A DNA stretch of 64,000 nucleotides from an uncultured Collinsella sp. GTDB lineage: Bacteria > Actinomycetota > Coriobacteriia > Coriobacteriales > Coriobacteriaceae. Location: NCBI GenBank assembly GCA_905197595.1, contig CAJJZM010000001.1:2592-66591 (forward strand), written 5' to 3'. The notes beneath the pieces are model-generated. The model was not told the DNA's origin. It was given only the letters and a program-made list of their open reading frames with translations, and searched no databases. Shown here piece after piece: positions 49,859 to 58,449 of this stretch; position 1 is the stretch's first letter; each line of letters starts with the position of its first letter. Both the position numbers and the translations under genes were made by a program.

Positions 49859-51695
49859 GGGCCTCGCCTCCTTCCTGGGTCTGAGCTTGCGTTGCGGTCA
49901 TGTCGGTGTTGTCTGCCGCCGTGTTCGCGTCGCCAGAGACGTCGTCGGCGTCTTGCGTACCTTCGGCAGACATCTTGTTTTGCGAGGTAAAGGTCTCTCG
50001 GTAGATCTCGCTCGTCTTGAGCAGCTCTTCGTGGTTGCCGATCTGTGCGATGCGGCCGCCCTCCATGACGATAATGCGGTCTGCGTCCTGCACGGAGCTG
50101 ATGCGCTGGGCGATGATGAGCTTGGTCGTGTTGGGCAGATAGCTTGCCAGTCCTGCGCGGATCTTGGCGTCGGTCTTGGTGTCGACGGCGCTGGTGGAGT
50201 CGTCCAGGATCAAGATCTTGGGGCGACGCAGCAGGGCGCGTGCAATGCACAGGCGCTGCTTCTGACCGCCCGAAACATTAGAGCCGCCCTGTTCGATCCA
50301 GGTGTCGTAGCCCTTGGGGAAGCCGTCGACAAACTCATCGGCGCAGGCCAGATGTGCCGCCTCGCGGACTTCCTCGTCGGTGGCGTTCGGGTCGCCCCAG
50401 CGCAGATTCTCGGCGATGGTGCCGCTAAACAGCACGTTTTTCTGCAGCACCATGGCGACCTGGTGACGCAGCGCGTCCAGGTCGTAGTCGCGCACGTCCA
50501 CGCCGCCCACGCGCACAGCGCCTTCGGTGGTGTCGTACAGGCGGGCGATGAGGTTAACGAGCGTGGACTTGGCCGAGCCGGTGCCGCCGATGATGCCGAT
50601 GGTCTCGCCGCTCGTAATGTGCAGGTCGATATCGTCGAGCGCCTGGCGCTTCGCATGCTTGGAATACTTAAAGCTCACGTGGTCAAAGTCGATGGAACCG
50701 TCGGCAACCTCGAGCACGGGCTCGGCGGGATCGGCGATCGTGGGCTCGGCGGCCAGCACCTCGGCAATGCGGTGTGCCGATTCGTCGGCCATGGTCACCA
50801 TGACAAAGATCATCGACAGCTGCATCAGGCTCATGAGAATCTGGAAACCATAGGTAAAGGTCGAGGAGAGCTGGCCCACGTCGAACAGCGTGCCCTGGCT
50901 CGTGATGATGAGCTTGGAGCCCAGGTAGATGATGACGACAAACGCGCCGTTGACGCAGATGTTCATCATGGGGTTGTTAAAGGCGAGCAGCTTCTCGGCG
51001 CGGGTGAAGTCCATCTGGACGTCGCGCGCGGCGGTCGCGAACTTCTCCTTCTCAAAGTCTTCGCGCACATAGCTCTTGACCACGCGCATGCCGGTGACGT
51101 TTTCCTCGACGGACTCGTTAAGGGCATCGTACTTGTGGAACACGCGCGAGAAGATGGGGCGCACCTTAAAGATGATAAAGAACAGTCCAAAGCCCAGCAG
51201 CGGAATGATGACCAGGTAGACCATGGCGACGCTGCCGCCCATGATAAACGCCATGGTAAAGGCGAAGATCAATACCAGCGGCGCGCGCACGGCGATACGG
51301 ATGATCATCATAAAGGCCTGCTGCACGTTGTTGATATCGGTGGTCAGGCGCGTGACGAGCGAGGAGCTCGAGAACTCATCGATGTTGGCAAAGCTGAACG
51401 TCTGGATCTTGTAGAACAGGTCGTGACGCAGGTTCTTGGCGAATCCGCAGCTCGCATGGCTGCAGGTGACACCAGCCGCGGCGCCAAAAGCAAGCGACGT
51501 CAGCGCGATGAGCACCAAAAAGCCTGCGGTGGGAAGCATCTCGGCTACGGTGGCGCCGTCTTTGATAGCGTCGATCAGGTTGGCGGTGATAAATGGAATC
51601 AGCATCTCGCAGAGCACCTCGCCAAGCACGAGCAGCGGCGTGGCAACAGTGACTTTCATATAGTCGCGGATGCTTCCCATGAGGGTTTTAATCAT
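49851..51695 (-). CDS. ABC exporter subunit (TMD+NBD, degenerate site) of a heterodimeric exporter
   Basis: GGTGSAKST, SGGQKQR, ILDDSTS and IAQRISS motifs. Confidence 0.93.
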   Translation of the reverse strand: MIKTLMGSIRDYMKVTVATPLLVLGEVLCEMLIPFITANLIDAIKDGATVAEMLPTAGFLVLIALTSLAFGAAAGVTCSHASCGFAKNLRHDLFYKIQTFSFANIDEFSSSSLVTRLTTDINNVQQAFMMIIRIAVRAPLVLIFAFTMAFIMGGSVAMVYLVIIPLLGFGLFFIIFKVRPIFSRVFHKYDALNESVEENVTGMRVVKSYVREDFEKEKFATAARDVQMDFTRAEKLLAFNNPMMNICVNGAFVVIIYLGSKLIITSQGTLFDVGQLSSTFTYGFQILMSLMQLSMIFVMVTMADESAHRIAEVLAAEPTIADPAEPVLEVADGSIDFDHVSFKYSKHAKRQALDDIDLHITSGETIGIIGGTGSAKSTLVNLIARLYDTTEGAVRVGGVDVRDYDLDALRHQVAMVLQKNVLFSGTIAENLRWGDPNATDEEVREAAHLACADEFVDGFPKGYDTWIEQGGSNVSGGQKQRLCIARALLRRPKILILDDSTSAVDTKTDAKIRAGLASYLPNTTKLIIAQRISSVQDADRIIVMEGGRIAQIGNHEELLKTSEIYRETFTSQNKMSAEGTQDADDVSGDANTAADNTDMTATQAQTQEGGEAHE

Positions 51696-52191
51696 CCAGT
51701 TCCTCCCAGGTTACGCGGATTTTATCGAGCATTTCGGCGAGGTCCTCGCGCTCGTCGTGGGTGAGCGCGCTAAAGGCCCGTTCTCTAAAGCGGATGCGGG
51801 CTGCCTGGTCGATGCGGGCGTTTTCCCGGCCGGTTTCGGTCAGGCGAATGGTGAGTTGCCGTCGATCCTTGGGGTTACGGCTGCGCTCGATGAGGCCGTT
51901 GAGCTCGAGCTTGGACAGGATCTCGGAAAGCGATCCCGGCTTGAGGTCAAAGTGCATGCCGAGCTCCTGCTGCGACATCTCGCCGCCGGGTTGCTTGGCT
52001 AGCAGGCAGATGATGGGCGCCTTGCCGGATACGCCTCCGCCATGAAAGTGCATGTAATGGCCGCAAAAGCCCAGATTATTGAGGATGCGCTTGGCAAGCT
52101 TATCCTGCTCGCTCATCGCGGGCGGCTGGTCTGCCGGCTGCGAGGGGTCGCCGCCGGGTTCGTGCGGATAGACGAGTGGTTCAACACACAT
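51688..52191 (-). CDS. MarR family regulator
   Basis: MSQQELG..F......SEILSKLE..GLIER.....DRR...I.LTE.G. Confidence 0.88.
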   Translation of the reverse strand: MCVEPLVYPHEPGGDPSQPADQPPAMSEQDKLAKRILNNLGFCGHYMHFHGGGVSGKAPIICLLAKQPGGEMSQQELGMHFDLKPGSLSEILSKLELNGLIERSRNPKDRRQLTIRLTETGRENARIDQAARIRFRERAFSALTHDEREDLAEMLDKIRVTWEELDD

Positions 52192-52214
52192 GTCGCTGCA
52201 TTGCTCCTTTCTTT

Positions 52215-52290
52215 AGTTAGGTAGAGGGATTGTTTTATACCTAAGTGATTCTAGAGGTACCTAACTGATTGTCAAGGTACCAAACTTATT
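52215..52290. promoter_or_regulatory. Three 20-bp-period repeats plus one inverted half-site upstream of marR
   Basis: TACCTAAGTGATT (52238), TACCTAACTGATT (52258), TACCAAACTTATT (52278); AGTTAGGTA at 52215. Confidence 0.65.
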
Positions 52291-52333
52291 AAGTTACGGC
52301 GTTTTACCAAACGCCGTAACCGCTCGACGCTGC

Positions 52334-52431
52334 AAACGCTCCTAAGCGGCAATCTGGCGTTCAATCGTCGGGCATGGCCACAAGGCCTATGCCCTCCTCT
52401 TTCACGTCACCTTGCTCGCTTAGGAGCGTTT
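52334..52431. repeat. Hairpin element C, copy 2
   Basis: Outer arms AAACGCTCCTAAGCGGCAA / TTGCTCGCTTAGGAGCGTTT; inner GGGCATGGCC-acaa-GGCCTATGCCC. Confidence 0.8.
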
Positions 52432-52639
52432 TCGCTGTCCGTCCTCAACATGTGATTCCGCCACGGTCCGCTTCGGTGCATGTGATCCCTTGGGGACGGA
52501 GGAAAAGGGATCATTTTCCGAAACCTTTCCGCAACAATTTGCCCTTCGTACCGCTCGCCTCCGCTCACAACGTCCCCTGCGCTACACTTGGTTGCACTGT
52601 GGTGCCGTCGCGCCATGCCCGACCCAAGGGGGGACACTC

Positions 52640-53464
52640 ATGAAGAACACTCAGCTGCTGCTGATTAACGATATGTGCGGCTACGGCAAGGTCGCGCTTT
52701 CTGCCATGCTGCCGGTGCTGTCGCACATGGGCTACCGTATCCATAACCTGCCGACAGCGCTCGTTTCCGACACGCTCAACTACCCCAAGTTCTACATCCA
52801 CGACACCACGGAGTACGTGCGTCAGAGTCTTGCCATCTGGGAGGAGCTCGACTTTGAGTTCGACGCCATCTCGACCGGCTTTATCGTGACCGAGGAAGAG
52901 ACGCGTATCATCTCGGACTTTTGCCACCGCCGCGCGCAAAAGGGCACCAAGGTGTTCGTCGACCCCATCATGGGCGACAACGGCAAGCTCTATGCGGGCG
53001 TGCCCGAGTCCACGATTGGCCTTATGCGGCACCTGCTGGAGTGCGCAGACTACGCGGTGCCCAACTACACCGAGGCCTGTCTGCTCACTGATACGCCTAT
53101 TGCAGAGCAGATCACGCCCGATGAGGCCCGCGCCCTTGTGGACGCCGTGCGCGAGCTGGGTGCCAAATCGGTGGTCATTACGAGCGCCGTGGTCAATGGC
53201 ACGAACGCGGTTATCGGTTACGACTATGTGGCGGGGGAGTACTTCACGATTCCCTTTGACCTGATTCCGGTCTATTTCCCGGGCACGGGCGACACGTTCT
53301 CGGCGGTGCTCGTCGGCCGCGTTATGGCAGGCTGGAGTCTGCAGCGCGCGACGTCCGATGCCATGCGTGTGGTGGCTGAGCTTATCGAGCGCAATGCCGA
53401 CCAAGAGGACAAGTCGGCTGGCCTTCCCATCGAGGCCTGCCTGGATGTGATTGACCATGAGTAA
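52640..53464 (+). CDS. pdxK: Pyridoxal/pyridoxamine kinase (PfkB/ribokinase fold)
   Basis: INDMCGYGKVAL, LPTALVS, VDPIMGDNGKLY, PNYTEA and FPGTGDTF motifs. Confidence 0.8.
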   Translation: MKNTQLLLINDMCGYGKVALSAMLPVLSHMGYRIHNLPTALVSDTLNYPKFYIHDTTEYVRQSLAIWEELDFEFDAISTGFIVTEEETRIISDFCHRRAQKGTKVFVDPIMGDNGKLYAGVPESTIGLMRHLLECADYAVPNYTEACLLTDTPIAEQITPDEARALVDAVRELGAKSVVITSAVVNGTNAVIGYDYVAGEYFTIPFDLIPVYFPGTGDTFSAVLVGRVMAGWSLQRATSDAMRVVAELIERNADQEDKSAGLPIEACLDVIDHE

Positions 53465-53786
53465 TGCTGGCGAGGACGGCGTCAAGCCTGCGGGCGAGAA
53501 CAGGCCGCTCGGCGCGCCGCGTGGCAAGCGTCCGCGTATCCGCGTGAGCTGCGTGGACCAGCTGGGCACATGCCGCTGCCATCACGGGCACAAGCCGGGT
53601 GACGTCTTCGACTTCGACCGCGACCGCGGCAAGATGTGTTCCATGGCATGTCACGTGGGCTTTCCCTATATCGATATCCTGCGCTACGGCGGAACCGTGC
53701 CTGGCAACGAGCCCGGTACGGCAAAGTTCTGCTGTCCCGAGGTCGACACGTTGAACGTCTGGCTTGCCGAGATCGTCGACGAATAG
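53457..53786 (+). CDS. Small Cys-rich TIGR04076-like protein
   Basis: G.C..GHKPGD.F, MCSMA and FCCPE pattern; overlaps the pdxK stop. Confidence 0.7.
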   Translation: MSNAGEDGVKPAGENRPLGAPRGKRPRIRVSCVDQLGTCRCHHGHKPGDVFDFDRDRGKMCSMACHVGFPYIDILRYGGTVPGNEPGTAKFCCPEVDTLNVWLAEIVDE

Positions 53787-53787
53787 C

Positions 53788-53824
53788 CGGATGCGACAAA
53801 GGGGCGGGCCCTTTGTCGCATCCG
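53788..53824. repeat. REP-like hairpin family B, copy 3
   Basis: CGGATGCGACAAAGGG-gcggg-CCCTTTGTCGCATCCG. Confidence 0.85.
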
Positions 53825-53862
53825 CCGATGGTGCCCCTTCTTTTTTGCCTATAATCCTAAAT

Positions 53863-53940
53863 CTCTGCATTTCATCCGATATTAGGTTCTAAAAACTCTG
53901 CATTTCATCGATAATCAAGCATATAAACCTTGCATTTCAT
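53863..53940 (+). promoter_or_regulatory. Three phased TGCATTTCAT direct repeats upstream of the AAA gene
   Basis: Copies at 53866, 53899 and 53931 (33 and 32 bp apart) in an AT-rich tract. Confidence 0.75.
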
Positions 53941-53964
53941 TTGATGACACTGAGGGGAGAGCCT

Positions 53965-55326
53965 ATGCTGCGTAGGAAAATAGCGGCAGAGCTGGAGCGT
54001 TGGCTGAAGTCTGCCGAGCAAAAGGCCTTATTCATTACGGGTTCTCGCCAGATCGGCAAAAGTTATTCGATTCGCGCATTTGGCAAAGCCAGCCATGCAA
54101 CCTACATCGAGCTCAACCTCATGGAAAATCGCCAGGCAAAAGATGCTCTTCTCGAGGCACGGGATGCCGACGATTTCATCAGCAGGGTGACGCTTCTCTC
54201 GGGAAAGCCGATAGCACCGGGCAAAACGCTCGTGTTTATCGATGAGGTCCAAGAGGCCCCCGACATCATGACGATGGCAAAGTTCCTTGTTGAGGACGGG
54301 AGGTGCCGCTGGGCGTTTTCGGGGTCAATGCTCGGGACTCAGTTCAAGGGCGTTAGGTCCTATCCCGTGGGATATCTTCACGAGCTTAGGATGTTCCCGC
54401 TCGATTTCGAGGAGTTTTGCTGGGCGATCGGGGTGAGCGAGGGAGCTCGCCAAACGATACGCGACGCGTGTATCAGCGAGAAGCCCATTCCTGATTACAT
54501 TCACGACGCGATGATGGCAAACTTCAGGACCTATACCGTTGTCGGTGGAATGCCAGAGGTCGTGCAGCGTTTCCTTGACACGCGGGGCGACCTTGCCTCT
54601 GTTCGTCAGCTACAGTCAGAGCTCAACGAACAGTACCGGCGGGATATCTCCAAGTATGCAAGCGGGCGAGCCCTTCAGGTGCAGAGCATTTACGATCAGC
54701 TCCCTATTATGCTCGAGGGCGAAAACAAACGCTTCGTGCTCAATTCCATTGACCCCAAGGCGCATTACGACAAGTACCAGCGAGATTTTGTCTGGCTTGT
54801 CGATGCCGGCGTTGCTCTCAAGGCGGATATCGTAACCGAGCCAAAGTCGCCCCTGCTCAAGACGGCACGGCCATCGCAGTTCAAGCTATACCAATCGGAT
54901 ACGGGCATGTTGATGGCGCGCTACCCCGTTGGCGTCGCCCAGGCGGCGTATCTTGATAGCAAGGAACCCAATCTGGGCGGTATTTACGAAAACGTGGTGG
55001 CCCAGCAGCTGACTGCCCAAAATCGCCAGCTTTACTACTATCAGACAAAGAAGCGCGGCGAAGTGGACTTTGTGGTCGACGGACCGGATGGAACGGCTGT
55101 TCCGATCGAGGTTAAATCAGGTTCCTATTACCACGCGCACGCCGCGCTCGGTCATGTGCTTGATACGGCCGAATATGGCGTAAGGCTCGGGATTGTTTTC
55201 TCGAGAGGCAACGTTGAACGCAGCGGAGCTGTTCTTTATTTGCCGCTATATGCGACCTGGGCCCTTTCGGATGTTTTGGGTGACTCCTGTGCCGAGGGGA
55301 TAAAGCTGGAGGTCAAGCCGGTCTAG
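53965..55326 (+). CDS. AAA_14 ATPase + DUF4143 (PD-(D/E)xK-like C-terminus)
   Basis: GSRQIGKS Walker A, FIDEVQ Walker B, PLDFEEF, GGMPE, D.G, EN.V, EVDFVV and PIEVKSG motifs. Confidence 0.9.
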   Translation: MLRRKIAAELERWLKSAEQKALFITGSRQIGKSYSIRAFGKASHATYIELNLMENRQAKDALLEARDADDFISRVTLLSGKPIAPGKTLVFIDEVQEAPDIMTMAKFLVEDGRCRWAFSGSMLGTQFKGVRSYPVGYLHELRMFPLDFEEFCWAIGVSEGARQTIRDACISEKPIPDYIHDAMMANFRTYTVVGGMPEVVQRFLDTRGDLASVRQLQSELNEQYRRDISKYASGRALQVQSIYDQLPIMLEGENKRFVLNSIDPKAHYDKYQRDFVWLVDAGVALKADIVTEPKSPLLKTARPSQFKLYQSDTGMLMARYPVGVAQAAYLDSKEPNLGGIYENVVAQQLTAQNRQLYYYQTKKRGEVDFVVDGPDGTAVPIEVKSGSYYHAHAALGHVLDTAEYGVRLGIVFSRGNVERSGAVLYLPLYATWALSDVLGDSCAEGIKLEVKPV

Positions 55327-55337
55327 GGACAGTCCCC

Positions 55338-55370
55338 GATGCGACAAAGGGATAGTGCCTTTGTCGCATC
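55338..55370. repeat. REP-like hairpin family B, copy 4
   Basis: GATGCGACAAAGG-gatagtg-CCTTTGTCGCATC, preceded by GGGACAGTCCC. Confidence 0.85.
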
Positions 55371-55386
55371 CGCTATCCGAGATAAT

Positions 55387-55450
55387 GAGCGTGGATTTTC
55401 TCCCGTCTAGAGCGCACTTGAATGCTCAAAGTGGGAGAAAATCCACGCTC
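55387..55450. repeat. 18-bp perfect inverted repeat between convergent genes
   Basis: GAGCGTGGATTTTCTCCC...GGGAGAAAATCCACGCTC. Confidence 0.8.
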
Positions 55451-55486
55451 GATCTGTATGCCGATGACGCGGCTCACGAGGTGAAC

Positions 55487-55933
55487 CTACAGCTGCTCGA
55501 GCATAGCGGTGCAGCCGGCGAGCACGTCGCGGTAGGTGGCATCGAAATTGCCGGTATACCAGGGATCGGCCACGTCGCCGGGGCGATCGGTCCAGTCGAG
55601 TAGACGCGAGATTTTGCCATCGGGGTCCTTACCAAAGATGCGGTGCAGGCCGCGGGCGTTCTCGGCATCCATATAGACAATGTGATCCCAGTCGCCATAC
55701 TCCGCGCGACGCACCTGACGTGCGCGATGTGCGACGACGGGAATTCCGACCTCGCGTAGCTTGGCAACGGTACCGTGGTGCGGCGGGTTGCCAATCTCCT
55801 CGGTCGAGGTCGCAGCGGAATCGATGACAAACTCCGCCTCGCGCCCGGCGCGGCGCACGAGCTCGGTAAACACCGACTCAGCCATCGTCGAGCGGCAGAT
55901 ATTTCCATAACAGATAAATAGTACGCGTTGCAT
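55487..55933 (-). CDS. Low-molecular-weight protein-tyrosine phosphatase
   Basis: FICYGNICRS (CX5R) and DPWY motifs. Confidence 0.93.
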   Translation of the reverse strand: MQRVLFICYGNICRSTMAESVFTELVRRAGREAEFVIDSAATSTEEIGNPPHHGTVAKLREVGIPVVAHRARQVRRAEYGDWDHIVYMDAENARGLHRIFGKDPDGKISRLLDWTDRPGDVADPWYTGNFDATYRDVLAGCTAMLEQL

Positions 55934-55993
55934 AGAACGATACCTTTCATATAGAAGGCTGCTAAAGAGTCGAAGCCGGGCGCATGCCAAGTT

Positions 55994-56743
55994 TTATTTC
56001 TTGGCCAGTTTGAAGTAGCGCTCAAATATCAATTCGAAAACGTAATAGAACATCAATCGACTGTCGAGGTCCATGCTGCCCAAGCGAATTTCTTTTTGCA
56101 CGGTGTAGATAGGGTAGTCGGCTAGTTTCGAGAGAGAATTTCGAGAAAAGCCGGTGAGCGTGACGACCTTGCATCCGCGCGTTTTGGCTATCGATGTGGC
56201 GTCAATAGACACCTGCGTCTCGCCGCTTACGGAAACGCTGAAGACCAGGTCGTTTTTGCCAAGCAGTTCTGCGTAATGCCTCATGACGTGGCGTTCACTG
56301 AGCGTGTCGGTATTCTTGCCCATTATTTTGAGCTTTTCAGCCATCTCGAGGCACGGGTATTTCGAAAAGCCCGAGCAGAAGAACACGATATGCGAGGCGT
56401 CCTGGATAAGGCTTACAACCGAGTCGATGACCCGGTCGTTAAGCAGATCTTTGGTCTGTACGAGCTGGGTATCAAGAGGAAGTGCCTCGATAGTGAATCG
56501 ATTGCGATCGAGCGAGGCGGAATACGATTGTTTGAGCTCCGTAAACCCCGAGAAGCCAAGCTTATGAGCAAGCCTGACGATTGTATTGGGAGCGACAAAG
56601 AACCGTTCAGCAACGCTCTTAAGCGTGACATCGTCAATATCATCACGCAGCTCGATGATGTAGCGCATGATCTCGCTTTCGAGATCGTTGAGCTTGCTCT
56701 CGCCAGCCCGCACATGATCATAAAAAGATGCTTGATCTTTCAT
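55994..56743 (-). CDS. MurR/RpiR regulator (GlvR-like)
   Basis: NTIVRLAHKLGFSGFTELK HTH and SVSGET SIS motif; divergent from the GH4 gene. Confidence 0.9.
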   Translation of the reverse strand: MKDQASFYDHVRAGESKLNDLESEIMRYIIELRDDIDDVTLKSVAERFFVAPNTIVRLAHKLGFSGFTELKQSYSASLDRNRFTIEALPLDTQLVQTKDLLNDRVIDSVVSLIQDASHIVFFCSGFSKYPCLEMAEKLKIMGKNTDTLSERHVMRHYAELLGKNDLVFSVSVSGETQVSIDATSIAKTRGCKVVTLTGFSRNSLSKLADYPIYTVQKEIRLGSMDLDSRLMFYYVFELIFERYFKLAKK

Positions 56744-57041
56744 AAGATGTTCCAGCCCCTCGCACCTCGTCGTACATATGGTACCGCTTTGTGTAGCCAG
56801 GTGAGAAATCGGTAATCGGTCAAGATCGCCAATTGCCCATGAACTGGGCAAACGTGCGTGTCTGCCTACACATATCTGTGTCGTGAGCGAAATCATGTGT
56901 CCCCGTTTCGCATTGGCCCACACGGGGACTCGCAAATGACCTTATGTCGCAAAATGACAATCGAAACGAAGCAAGCCGAGGACAACCGCGGAGCCCAAGG
57001 CCTTCGAGAACACAGATCAGCCAACCCTGGAGGGACGGAAC

Positions 57042-58367
57042 ATGAAGGATAAGCTCAATATTGTGATCGTTGGCGGCGGCTCCACGTGGTGCCCTGGCAT
57101 TCTCAAAGCCCTGACCAAGCACATGGACATTCTGCCGCTGAACCGCGTGATGCTCTATGACATCGATGCCGAGCGCCAGCGCCCGATCGGCGAGTTTGGC
57201 AAGATCCTCTTCGCCGAGGAGGAGCCCGGTGTGGAGTTTGGTTACACCACCGATAAGGACGAGGCTTACACCGACGTCGACTTTGTGCTCTGCCAGATTC
57301 GTACCGGCGGCTACGAGATGCGCAGCAAGGACGAGAAGATTCCGCTGCATATGGGAATCATCGGCCAGGAAACGGTGGGCCCTGGCGGCATGGCTTACGG
57401 TATGCGCTCCATGCATGACATGGTTGAGATCGTCAACGACGTTCGCGCTCATAGCCCGGAGGCGTGGATTATCAACTACACCAACCCGGCTGCTATTGTG
57501 GCATATGGTCTCGAGCGCGTCCTGCCCGATGAGCATCGCGTCCTCAACATCTGCGACCAGCCTGTCAACCTCATGCGCTCTTACGGTCGCCTGCTCGGTC
57601 GCGATATGAGCAAGACGGAGCCCGTGTACTTCGGCCTCAATCACTTCGGTTGGTTCAAGCACATCTACGATGAAGAGGGCCATGACCTCGTCCCGCAGAT
57701 TAAGGAATACACGGAGAAGAACGGCTTCCTTCCTGCCGATGCCGAGCAGCGTGACCAGTCCTGGCTTGATACCTACGCCATGGTCAAGGACATGCTCGAG
57801 GACTTCCCCGACTATCTGCCCAACACTTATCTGCAGTACTATCTGTATCCCGAGTACAAGGTCGCTCACCTCGACCCCGACTACACTCGCTCCGACGAGG
57901 TTATCAACGGTCGTGAGAAGCGCGTGTTCGCCGAGTGCGAGCGTGTTGCCAAAGTCGGCACCGCAAAGAACTCCTCGGTTGTGCAGAACGACGCTCATGG
58001 CGATATGATCGTGGAAATCACCTCGGCCATTTATCGCAACACCAACAAGACCTTCATTGTCATCGTGCCCAACAACGGCATTATCGAGGGCATGCCCGAT
58101 GACGCCATGGTAGAGGTCGCGGCAAGCGTGGGCGCCAATGGCCCGCAGCCCTATGCTGTTGGCAAGATCGGTACCTTCTATCGCGGCCTTATGGAGAACC
58201 AGTACGCCTATGAGCGCCTGACTGTTGAGGCTTGGATGGAGGGTTCCTACGAGAAGGCTCTGCAGGCACTCACGCTTAATCGTCTGGTCGGTGACGCAAA
58301 GAAGGCTCGCAAAGTGCTCGACAAGCTCATCGAGGCCAATAAGGATTACTGGCCGGAGCTTAAGTAG
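57042..58367 (+). CDS. GH4 6-phospho-alpha-glucosidase (GlvA/MalH-like), copy 1
   Basis: IVGGGST, QIRTGG, GQETVGPGG, NYTNP, NICDQP and GLNHFGW motifs. Confidence 0.9.
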   Translation: MKDKLNIVIVGGGSTWCPGILKALTKHMDILPLNRVMLYDIDAERQRPIGEFGKILFAEEEPGVEFGYTTDKDEAYTDVDFVLCQIRTGGYEMRSKDEKIPLHMGIIGQETVGPGGMAYGMRSMHDMVEIVNDVRAHSPEAWIINYTNPAAIVAYGLERVLPDEHRVLNICDQPVNLMRSYGRLLGRDMSKTEPVYFGLNHFGWFKHIYDEEGHDLVPQIKEYTEKNGFLPADAEQRDQSWLDTYAMVKDMLEDFPDYLPNTYLQYYLYPEYKVAHLDPDYTRSDEVINGREKRVFAECERVAKVGTAKNSSVVQNDAHGDMIVEITSAIYRNTNKTFIVIVPNNGIIEGMPDDAMVEVAASVGANGPQPYAVGKIGTFYRGLMENQYAYERLTVEAWMEGSYEKALQALTLNRLVGDAKKARKVLDKLIEANKDYWPELK

Positions 58368-58449
58368 CTAGTTCCATAGCGCTTGATAACTGTTATGGGG
58401 CGTGTGGGCTGTGGAGCTGCACGCCCCGTTTCTTTAAGAGGGGTATCCC

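Noticed and set aside
37272..51764. Long antisense ORFs (e.g. 37272-39236, 48608-49990, 49791-51764; also 10815-12602)
   Set aside because: Typical high-GC shadow frames opposite genes with clear family motifs.
47846..52431. Transposon carrying marR-ABC
   Set aside because: No transposase or target-site duplication. The flanking inverted copies fit a dispersed repeat better.
52478..52582. B6-related riboswitch or leader before pdxK (GGGGACGGAGG...GTCCCC)
   Set aside because: Looks like a decayed palindromic repeat, and no known aptamer was recognisable.
53788..55370. Integron cassette (attC sites)
   Set aside because: The hairpins lack RYYYAAC/GTTRRRY ends and extrahelical bases, and there is no integrase.
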